NCBI GenBank assembly: GCA_907165135.1
Contig: OU015569.1
Coordinates: 4,092,001-4,156,000, forward strand
From: Oikopleura dioica
Taxonomy: Eukaryota; Animalia; Chordata
Direction: 5' to 3'
DNA: 64,000 nt
The position numbers were made by a program, and so were the translations under genes. Below are positions 12,394 to 23,009 of this stretch, piece after piece (the first letter of the stretch is position 1; each line of letters opens with the position of its first letter). The notes under the pieces are model-generated. The model was not told the DNA's origin. It did no database searches and worked only from the letters and a program-made list of their open reading frames with translations.

Positions 12394-14164
12394 ATGGGGA
12401 AAATATTCATCGGCAATTTGACCGACAGGGCCGAAGGTCGCGATGTTGAAGACGCCTTCAGAAAATTTGGAAGAATCAAAGAGATTTCTCTTAAAAATGG
12501 CTTCGGTAAATAAGAGTGAATGTACAATTATTTTCAGGAAATTATTAGGCTTTGTCGAGTTTGAAGATGTCCGCGATGCTGAAGACGCAATTCATGAAAT
12601 GAATGGGGAGCGACTTTGCGGCGATAGAATTACTGTCGAGCTGGCGAAAGGTAAACATATTTTATCCACTCGTTTCTTATAAGTTTTGAAAGGCGGCGGC
12701 GGTGGAAGATATCGCTCGCGTTCACGGTCAAGAGGTCGAGACGGACGCAGCTCGTATTGGGACTCCCGAAGATCTGGTAGAGAACGACCGCATCGAACTC
12801 CTTACGCGGTTATGGTCGACAATTTGAGTAGCAGATGCACGTAAGTCGATTCGATTTCTTTGATGGCGAGAATCAAAAAATGGGCGAGACAAGATTTGGT
12901 GCCACTCACTTGGTTTTGTCTCGTTTCTCTCTGTGCTCCAAATCCTGGTCAAAAATTGTTGGGTTGTCGAAAAAGCTAGTTGGATAGTGACCTGTGGTGC
13001 CGTCCGTGATTGATACTGGCATATTCTCTCTATCTCTTGCTACTATTCATGTGTCTTTCATGAGACCATTGATCTGAAATCTTTTGTACTGAATGATCTC
13101 TGGTGTCTACAGCTGAACTCTGTTTTGGCGTGGCTGTTCGATAACCAAGTTGGACGCCTTGGTGGCATAATTGTAGAACTGATTCACATCATGGCCAACT
13201 ACTCTTTTCTTACCCGGTATTGTCACTTTTCTTGACCCATTTCTATTAACTCTAACTTCCAATTATCGCAAGTCCAGTTTACGCTTATGGAGCTGAAATA
13301 TACTCTGATCTCTGAGTTATTTGTTCTTTAGGTGGGCCGAGTTGAAGGACATTTTCCGCAAATTTGGTGAAGTGACATATACAGATGCTCACTACAGATC
13401 TGGTGATGGGAGAGGCGAAGTCTGTTTTTCTTCCCGAGAAGAGCAAGATCGTTGTCTGGACGAAGCCGATGGCATGGATATCAACGGAAGAAGTAAGTCC
13501 CTTCGAAACGCTCAAGTCTTTTAACGTTCTCGATAAGGCATCAAAGTTTCGCCTGGAGAAGGTGCTGATCAACGAGAGCGATCACGCGGAAGATACTCTC
13601 GAAGTCGATCTCGAAGCAGATCCCGTGGCCGAGGTGGTCGAGGCGGAGGTCGAGGAGACAGATCTCGCCCCCATCGAACAGAGTTTACTCTCGGCGTCGA
13701 TAACCTCTCTTCCCGCTGCGAGTATGTCCTCTTATTTCTATCGGCAATAATTTGTGTTCTTAGTTGGGCGGAACTAAAGGATCTCATGCGAAAAGCTGGA
13801 GAAGTTACATACGTTGACGCTCACACCCGCTCAGGTCGAGGTAATTGATTGACTTTGAAACGCCTCCGTACTTAAAATCGCATAGGTCGGGGAGAAGCTT
13901 GCTTTGCTACCCGGGAGGAGTTGTATCGCGCTCTCGAGGACTTACAGGGTATGAAAATCTACGATCGTGCTGTGAGACTGCGCGTCAAAGAAGACGGCGA
14001 TCGAGATGTCCGTCGATCGAGGTAAGTCGGTGTTTGTGGTGACTTGCGGTGAACCGTTTTTATCTAATAGATCCTACTCTCGCTCTCGTAGTCGATCGCG
14101 CTCACGATCCCGCAATGGTGCCCGTTCGAGGTCACGATCGCGAAGCCGTTCCCGCAGCCGATAA
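12394..14164 (+). CDS. SRSF4/5/6-family SR splicing factor with one canonical RRM and two pseudo-RRMs
   Basis: RRM1 KIFIGNL...[19 protein letters not shown]. Pseudo-RRM copy [30 protein letters not shown]; copy [32 protein letters not shown] tracts between the domains and at the C-terminus; 8 exons. Confidence 0.92.
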
Positions 14165-14755
14165 AGCGATTCTGTCACGTGAAACATCGATAACGCATAT
14201 GATAAATTTTAACCTTTGATCAAACAAAACCCTCTTCATATTTGGAATTTCGAATTCCAACTCCGTAGCTTTAAATCATCGTCTTACTTCAAAAGACACT
14301 TTCAAATTCAACGAAACGTGCAATGTTTGGATGAGTAGGAGAGTGCCGTCTGGAGAAACTCGTTCAAGTCACCAGATTCACCCTTTTTTCTACAATTTTC
14401 TGGCCTCGGTTCATTAAACCGTTAAAATCCTATCTTCATGATTATTTTTGCTATATTTTCAATTTTCAAAGTTGAAGCGCCGTGAATATTCCAAAACTAA
14501 CAATAAACCTTCAATGTAGGCTTCCGAAGCCAGCGTGCAATATACTAGTCAAATAATGTCCTCATGTTCATGAGCCTCATGAGGTTCTTATGTGTTCTTT
14601 CTTTCCTAGAGATGACAAATAGCAGGCGTAGTCATTGTTAGTGTAACACGAGTTTTCGCCTCTTCTTTCAACCTTGGTACTAAGAAGTGTTATTAAGAAC
14701 TAAGTGCAGGATTCGTTTCGCTTCCAACTTCATCTTAAAAAGCGACTAGTTAGAA

Positions 14756-17393
14756 ATGGCGTGGCAGCAGCAAGGCTACAATCAAAATCACGGAGGCGGT
14801 CAAGGCTACGGCCAAAGCAATCAGTATGGACAGCAACAGCAGTTTAATCAGCATCAGCAATATGCGGCGCAAGTGCTTTACGGAGGGCAGTCACAAGGAT
14901 ACAACCAAGGAAATAACTGGAGTGCGGGTCCGTCCAATATGAACAAGGGACCTGGTCATTTCGGGAACTCACACCGAGTAAGATTCACTCTAATTTTCCG
15001 CAATAACAAATATCTTTTCAAAGAATCCAAATTACGGATACGGGGAGCAAAGGTACAATGGTCAGGAGGCAATCAAAATCAGCATAACTTGATGCCACAT
15101 CGTGGTCAACGTCCAATGAGCCAGAACAACCGACAAACTCAACGTCAAAAAGACCCACATAAGCCAATCAACGCTACAGAGGTCAAATCATATATAAATG
15201 CATGGGCAACAAAACAGAAGCTAAAGGTGCGCCTTGTTAAAAATACTTATATGACTTGTGATGCTTCAGCCAGAGTACTCTTATAAACAAGAAGGGCAAA
15301 CTCCATTTGTGCTTTATAAATGTACGCTCTCCATCGGTCAATACGACTGCCAAGGCGAAGGGGCTGCAAAAAGCAAGAAACAAGCGCAAACGATTGCAGC
15401 CTGGGATATGTCAGAAAAGCTTGCAGCAAAAGGAGTCCTTAACCTTTCGGAAGTTCCACCTATCCCCGAAAATCTACTCGGTGCTCATGCTACCAAGACT
15501 GCGAATCGGGTTGAAGGAAACAATGAAAATGTTTATGTTGAATACGGTGAAGAATATGGCGGTTGGACAACGGAAACTGCAAGACAACGTCTGAACAGAT
15601 TCTGCATGCAATTGGGGATTAGTTGCAACATCATTAACCATGTCACTGGACCTCCACACGCTAGAGTCACCTCTGCATCCCTGTCGTTGATAATCGAGCG
15701 GCTCAACAAAAAAGTTCTTCAAGTCCAAGTTGATGCTCCAAACAAGAAGTCAGCAAATGCAAAATGCTCCATGGAGATGCTAAAACAGCTTTTTGCTCTC
15801 AATCTTATTGAGAAAAAAGGTGAACCAGAGATGAAGCTCTTGCGTAAAAGGTAATGTCAACTGTGACGCACAGAAAAAAAACGCTTTTCATAGAAAGAAT
15901 GAAATCACCTGGACAAGGACGACGGCCCCTAGTCGGTTGAAAAAATTCAAGGAAGAAAATTCTGGTGACAGCTCGTTTGGAATAAGCGAATCATCTGCCT
16001 TTCAAAACGGTCAATTCACAATCTCTACGGTCATCAATTGCAAGGGGATCAAAATTGAAGCACAAGCTTCCGAACCATCCGAAGAAGAAGCAAAGATATC
16101 GGTTGCAGTTATGCTTGCTAATAAGCTGTGCGTTGCAGGATTGATCGAAGCTAACTTGCCGGTAGCTAAAAGCAAGGTTATCATCTGAACAATAGTTGGA
16201 TGCCACATAATTTATTTTGTAGAAATCAAAAGAAGAATATCTTGCTAATATCCGACAGACCAACATCGTAATGGTCCCCCGTTTCAATAACACTGGCAGA
16301 AATACCCCAGGTGACGACCGCCAACTAAAAAAGAAACTGCTCGACCTCGAGCAAAAGGAAACTTACAAGCGACTCCGTGTCAACACAATGAACAAAATCA
16401 CTAAGTGTCTGAAGGAGTCGGAAAGTTATCCACAAATTGAAAACTTGCACAGAGTTGGCGAGTTTTTCAAGGGACTTGAACTTGCAGGTAACTATCGCTT
16501 AATTAATTCTGAAACTTATCTTTTTTTTTAAGACGAAACCGAGGACTTGGAGCTCGTTGTCGTCTCCAAAGAAAAACCCACGAATTCTTTTGTAAATGAA
16601 GTTCTTTCCGTACTTGCTTCTTTGGAAGGATTTACGGCAGATAGATACGAGGACTTCCTTTATCTTACGACTAAAGAGAAGCCGGAAGTATCTATCTACG
16701 TCACATTTACCTCAGCAGCATTTTATCCACCCGATGGTAAAGGTAAAACAGGTCATTCCCGCAAGAGAAAAACATTGTTTTTAGAAGAATGCGCAGATCC
16801 AGAAGGCATGATTCTTCGTGACGGATGCGTTAATGTCTGGATTCGACTTCAGCGTTGTCTGTTTTTGATGGATCGATGCCACAAGCTTTTCAACTCACTT
16901 GCCGTATTGCGTGTTTTGAAATTTCTGGCGCGAGATGCCGAGATGGATGGATTTTCTGGCTGGTTAATGGAACTGTTCGTCATCAGAGCTTTAGAAACTG
17001 CCCATAGTTCTGAACCAGCCGGAGATGCGCTCCGACGTGTTTTTTCCATCTTATCAGGAGGAATTCTACTGCCCAACGTCAGCTCTCTCATCGATTTGAA
17101 CGGAACTGACGACCTCTTAGACCAACTTACCGTTATTCAACGAAACAAAATCACTGCCAAGGCCCATACCTATCTTCGTCTCCAAACATTCAAGGTAAAG
17201 AAAAATAAAACACGCAGTATATTTTAGACTCTAAAATTTAGAGTTAAAATTATTAGCATCTTTGATTAAATATTTTTAGCAACTGCACAAAGTGCTTGGA
17301 ATCGACTTTGTCCAGAAAAAATCGTCGCTGAAAATTGAAGAACCGAAACCCACTTTTAATGAAAACGATAACAGCGTGGCACAAGCTAACTGA
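14756..17393 (+). CDS. G/Q/Y-rich N-terminus + DHX9-type dsRBD pair + third dsRBD-like segment + DZF (NF90/ZFR-type) domain protein
   Basis: EVKSYINAWATKQKLKPEY and GGWTTETARQRLNRF...NKKSANAKCSMEMLKQLFALNLIE resemble the DHX9 dsRBDs. RVGEFFKGLELAG..DLELVVVSKEKPT and GWLMELFV..AGDALRRVFSILSGGILLP..LRLQTFKQLHKVLG resemble the ILF3/ZFR DZF domain. Exons join in frame through GT-AG introns. Confidence 0.85.
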
Positions 17394-17615
17394 GTTATTT
17401 CCTGCCTCAAACAAGTCTTTTTGTTAGCTCTTAGTTTGAGTTATCGTCACCACGGTAGCTGCTAAGACGAGTTCCTGAATAAATATTCATTTATCGTTCA
17501 ATCCTAACGCTCTGACCAATTGATACCTATCTTGGTCAAAGCTGAATTATGAAGCTGTCTAGTAGTCGACACAAATTTAGCAGAAAAGTTAAAAGCAGGT
17601 TTCGCGCAGGTGCTT

Positions 17616-20488
17616 ATGAGCGAAAGAACAGCAAAAGCCATATTTGGAAATTTAAAAATATTTCGTAAAAAACATCGCCCACAAATTATGCTTAAATGGT
17701 CTCGCTCACTAAGAGATTTAAAAACAATGTCGCCCGTTTCTTTGGAATTTCAGGCAAGCCTCAATATTTTAATACGGCAGGCCTTGCCTTACTCTTAATC
17801 GTAGGGAGAGTTCACCTCTGAAGAGAGGAGTGCATGGCAGAATCGGTTCAGAGAGATGATGTCCGGTTAGTTATATTTATAAATGTAAGATAGCTAAACT
17901 CTGTAGAAATTACCGTCGATCGACCGCGCAGTAGCACGAGTAAGTTCAGTACTCTCAACACACCCGATCAGCCTAGCCCCGTTCAAAAGGCCCGGCTACG
18001 TAAACAACTACCCCTAGGTATATTTTTCTTTTTACTAAGACCGTACAGTAAGTGTTGTTTTATCAGCCTAAAAAGCAATGCAAAATTGTCTTGCACAAGA
18101 CCGACTCAAATGCGAATGAGATCGCAACGGGTTCTTTATCTCCGCAAAAGAAGAACTCCGTCGATGGCGTCGCAAGCTACATGGTTCCCGTTTCTGGCGA
18201 CTCGAATGAAAACGACATTCGCTGTATTCGCGACATCGTCGAGAGGTTTCACTCCACTGGGGGAGAAATTAGCTGGGCTAGTTATCGCTCATTGCCAAGA
18301 GTGAAGCCGATGCGCGCGAACACTGCAGATAGTGCGAGTATGTGCTCACACGTCATTGCCGAACACCTCGACTTAGTCAATAAATTTATTGGACACCAGA
18401 AGTTTCTGAAGGCATCGAGTTTTATTGGATTGTAGGACGCATCACTGATGCGGGATCACATAGCTTTAATAAACTCTTAAAAGTACATAATGATAGAGAA
18501 TCAGCGATACAAAACCTCGTGCTACATTCAGCCGCATATCGCCCAGTGTATCTTCAAATACACAGACTACTTCATCCAGGCATACTCTGAAAACAGCATG
18601 AAAGTCTGCGGCATCATAAACCTTCCATTCCCCAGTAACGTTGAAGAATTCTTTCGTATCCAAGAAGACTTCTTTTCGGACCATTTTGTTGACGTCTCTT
18701 CGAAATATGCAGATTCCGGATATGAGATTCGTGAGCACGCGAAGCTACTAGGTAATTTTACGTTCTTTAAAAGTATTGATATTTTTTTCAAGACAAAGAA
18801 CGACTCAGCAAGGACATGAACTGTCCGAAGTATCGATTCTGGACTGATATCTTTGAATACGGAAAAGAAAATGCGGAGTACTTCTTAGAGCGCCAAACGT
18901 TTGCTGATCTTTTTGCGGAAAGAAATCAAAAATTCATCCAAATGAAGAACGTGTGCGAGGTAACTTTTGGAAACAGGATACACTTTAATACTGCTTGAAG
19001 CGGCTCTACTCAACGTATGAGAAGTACGACAGTGGAAAATTCACTCGTGCGATGCGTTTTATAAATGTGCAGGTAAGTCTCCTCGTTGATTTCATCAACA
19101 AATAAACTCAATTTCAAGGTCAAAGCGATTGAAAATAAACTCAAAGAAAAGCAACAACAATACCGACATTTTGAGTTTTACGCAACCGTTCAAGACTTTC
19201 CTCCGCTGGAAGCTCATCGTGCTGGAGTTGGTTTTATTTTCGAAGCACGTGCCCTGCCCCTGGAAAAAGTGGAGACGGAGATTCTTTATCCCTCCGAGCC
19301 GACTTCTACTCCGATCGAAGAAGATGTCATGGGCCATTTGTCACACGAAGAACTTTATAATACAACTGACAAACTTCGCCTGGCATTTTACGATGAGTTC
19401 ATGATTGTAAGTTCATATCAAGTCCCACTGGCACTGATTACTGCTTTAGATTTGCAAGAAAGAACGTTCGAAACATTATCGAACGTTACAAAGAAAGAGA
19501 TCAGGAAGAAGTTGGAAATTTTGCGAGCTGATTCCTTACTATCACATAACAAAGATTATCCAGGTACCGTTTTTAAAGAAATTTCTACTGACAGGAATTT
19601 AGGACGTGAAAGCTTCGCCCCATTTTGCGGTTGTTTGCGAAGGAGGAGGACGAAGGCTTCTTCTGGAATACCAAAGCTCATCAGAATACAAATCCTTCGA
19701 CGATTTCGTTAAAGGTTTTTGAATTGATAGTGAGAGAGCGTGACCAAAGTATAGGATTCTTCGACGTCGTGGAGAAGAGATTAAAAGAAGTGGACGGGAT
19801 CGTCGAGTTTTCAAAGATCGAGATGGGGCTTCGAGGAACTAAGCGGATAGTGCCTTTCTTCCGAACGTCAGGTGGCAGAGCCAATATCGCCCCTGAACTC
19901 GCTCTTCTGCAATCGAGAGTTCAAATTCAATACGTTGAAACGGTTGGCTCTTGTTTATAAAATACCTTAACCTTCGACTATCTCTAGGTGAACAAATGGG
20001 ACATGAGAGTGTCTCCTTTCATCGGCAGAAGAAGCGATCATATGCGAAGATCGAAAAAGCGGGAGGGATCGTCTGGAGAGTTGACACTTCCAAAGGTAGA
20101 CAAAAATTGTCTGTATTTGTTCAAAATTATAATAAGTACGATCTCATTCGTCCACACGCTTACAAACCATGGACTTCAACCTTCAAACTGTCCGATTCAC
20201 TGACACACATTTCTCCAACTAAAATGGGCTTTCCTCGGTAAGAAATTTCAAACTGCAACGATCAAATTAAATATAACTCTTTATAGAAGCCAAACGTGCT
20301 TTTCAATGTACGAAGGATTGATGAGGACTACCTCAATGAGATCGGTCTCGTCTTTGAATTCATACCGAAGTCATCTCAACAACTCGGCGAACAATTTGGA
20401 TGAATGCAACGAGTCGCCAAATATTCTCGAGCATGCGTCTGGCGACGACGTTTTCCTCAGTCACAATGTTGAGAAACTTGTCATTTAA
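17616..20488 (+). CDS. Large multi-exon uncharacterised protein; boundaries approximate
   Basis: A chain of + strand ORF segments (18052, 18490, 18816, 19086, 19625, 19988, 20306) separated by short introns, including a GC donor CAG|GCAAGC near 17755. No family recognised. Confidence 0.6.
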
Positions 20489-20509
20489 ACGATTCTTTTG
20501 TAAACATTT

Positions 20510-21155
20510 TCACTGCCTATGGTATTTATTGTTAATAAAATTCAGATTAAGTGCTAACAGGATAAGAATAACGATCGCAGCCAGTGCATCTAACTAGATT
20601 GATCAAAATATAGGAAACCTCTTCTTTAGGAGGAGATAACTCGCGGTACTCTGACTTCCATTGACCAGTGCTCGTCTTGATGAATTTGGCGTGAATGCGA
20701 GAATGAAGGAAATCATCGTCTTCAATGTCAACGACTGTTGTTTCGAAATCGAGTCCGGAGTAGTAAGGTTGTTCTTATAAAAATTGTATAATCATGTATT
20801 TGCTCTGACATACCAATGGTAGAAATTGATATTTTGAAGAAGAACTTGCCGGGATCATCATCCAATTCAGTGACTTCTGTTTTGAGCGTCCATCCACAAT
20901 TTGTGACTCCGTACTCCGAGAGCTCGAGCTAAAAAAGAGCAGGGCCGGCAGATTTGACCATTGATCGAGTCCACGGTTATCTGTCGTCGCCATCTTCTCA
21001 ACGGCATTTTTGAGCAAAGTAGAGTGGTTCCAAATTTCGAACTCCTCTGAGCACAGTAGTTTGTGAGCAGTTTTTTAAATCTCCACGATTTCACAAAGAC
21101 TAGAAATGAGTGCATAAATTGCAAATTGTCAGTTTTCTCTGAAAAGTAGCTCCAT
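20510..21155 (-). CDS. Possible divergent intracellular lipid-binding (FABP/CRABP-like) or other small protein
   Basis: Putative exons KLLCSEEFEIWNHSTLLKNAVEKMAT / LELSEYGVTNCGWTLKTEVT / EQPYYSGLDFETTVVDIEDDDFLHSRIHAKF loosely echo FABP KLVDSKNFDDY..ATRQVAS..LTLKTHST. Junctions not all resolved. Confidence 0.3.
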
Positions 21156-21352
21156 TTCTTGAGAATTAATCGCCGCTAAAGGTTGCGCGGAATTTTTCAG
21201 AAGACGGACCTTTTGCTGCGGCTTAATCCACTTTGTCTCGAGGCGAATGTGCTGGCTATATATTGCTGGACTCACTGCTCGCAATGTCAAAGTCAGTCGT
21301 CTGATAAAGATACTGATAATCCATCCTTTTTATAATTTACTTTTCGTCCAAG

Positions 21353-22155
21353 ATGAAACTCGCCGTTTTTGTTATCGCTGCTGCCAGCGCCAAACGAGTT
21401 GCTCGACAAGCTGATGACGCCGTCGCAAACGAGACTGCCGAATATGACGATTATGGCGAGCGTAAACGTAAGAGAAAAACTAAGAGAACATTGTTCGGAG
21501 GCTAATGTTACTTTCAGTCAAGGGAAACAAGGCGAACAAGAACAACTACGCCCCAGCTTCTGGCTCTTACGACCCTGCACCAGCAGCTACTTACCCAGGT
21601 ATGAAGTCATAAACAAAAAGGTTGTAACTTGGATTTTAGCGGCGAATAACTACCCAGCCAACAACTATCCAGCAGGAAACAACTACCCAGCCAGTAACTA
21701 CCCGACTCAAACTGGTTATTCTGCCCCGGCTTACCCAACTTCTCCTCTCAAATGCTGGCATTGCGACGCCATGAGCTTCGAAGAATGCGAAGCCAAGGGA
21801 ATGGAGAAGACTTGTCACCCCAACGAAGGATCTTGTTTTTTGGAAATCAGAGAACGACGACAGAACGGCCACGCTGGCCCATTCATGCAGATTTGCATGG
21901 GCTGCAAGAGCAAGGACGCCTGCGATAACATGCAGAACCAGAACTTCCAGGTGAGAAGAGCTCTCAGCTTCCAAGAGCTCACAATAAATTTAGAACCAAA
22001 ATCCCGCTTACACCCAATGCCGCCCAGAGAACTACTACGGCGAATCCGTTTGCCGACAGTGCTGTGCTTCTGACAACTGCACAAAAGAACCAAGCTGGTG
22101 GTACCCTGCCGACCGAAGCGAATGGGCTTACAAAGGAGAAGAATCTGGATATTAA
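21353..22155 (+). CDS. Secreted protein with NNYP repeats and a Cys-rich Ly6/uPAR (three-finger)-like domain
   Basis: Signal peptide MKLAVFVIAAASA. ANNYP/AGNNYP/ASNYP repeats, then LKCWHC..C..C..SC..ICMGC..AC..|..QC..VCRQCCASDNC; stop 22153-22155. Confidence 0.8.
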
Positions 22156-22528
22156 AAGTGAATTTGATTTATTCTCCTCTTTGACAGCAAACTATGCTGC
22201 TTCCAGTATTATTGCAACTCATCTTGTCAAATCAGAATAAACGTGGTGAAACTTGATCCTTACTCCAAACGTGTTCAAAACCCTTTATTAGATTAGCCCG
22301 CCTAATTTGAACTTGTGACTCATCCAATGGGAGCGAATTGAAGGCTTTTGAGCGAAATCGACAGAGAAGCAGATTTTTGTAAAATTTTTCTACAAAATGT
22401 TAAATCCAGACCATCTTTCCATCATTTATTCCTCAAATTTATGCATAACATAATCATTTATTAAATTGAAAAATAACAATTAAAACTTCTCATTTTCCAG
22501 AAAAAAGGGCGAAATCGGGCCCTCAAAA

Positions 22529-23009
22529 ATGCCGCCATTAATTCCAAACGATGAGGGTTCATCCGATCTCGCGGATTATTCGGACGATCCCGAGGAGTGG
22601 CATCCTTTGGCTGGTCAACGTCGAAGAAACGAATTTTTTTTGCCGGAATTTCTACAGGGAATACTAAACGAGGCTTTGGAGGGAGCGCCACTGATTCTCC
22701 CAGGCGCCCCTTGGATGGAAGACCTCTTCGATAATGAAGAGGAAGAAATGGATTCTGGAGAAGAAGACGAAAATGGAGAAGACGAAGAAGCAGAAGACGA
22801 CGACGAAGAAGAAGAAGATTCTGAAGAAGAGTTCGAGGAAATGTGGCGAGAGATCGAAGAAAGGATCGGTATCAGAGAAAGAAAACTCAAAATTTAAATG
22901 AATTTTTCTTGAAGCCAGAATAAGCCTTGACGAGCATCGCGAAGCTTTAGCAATATTACGAGAGATGAGTCCAGAAAACGGAGAAGAGCGATGAACGAAT
23001 ATTTTTAGC
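22529..23009 (+). CDS. Small highly acidic uncharacterised protein (2 exons)
   Basis: ORF 22529 has a long D/E tract. A GT-AG intron near 22869-22914 splices in frame to ARISLDEHREALAILREMSPENGRRAMNEYF*. Confidence 0.55.

Noticed and set aside
19200-20100. Weak DOCK DHR2-like words (DKLRLAF, QIQYVE) in the orphan gene
   Set aside because: The motifs occur in the wrong order and are too short to support homology.
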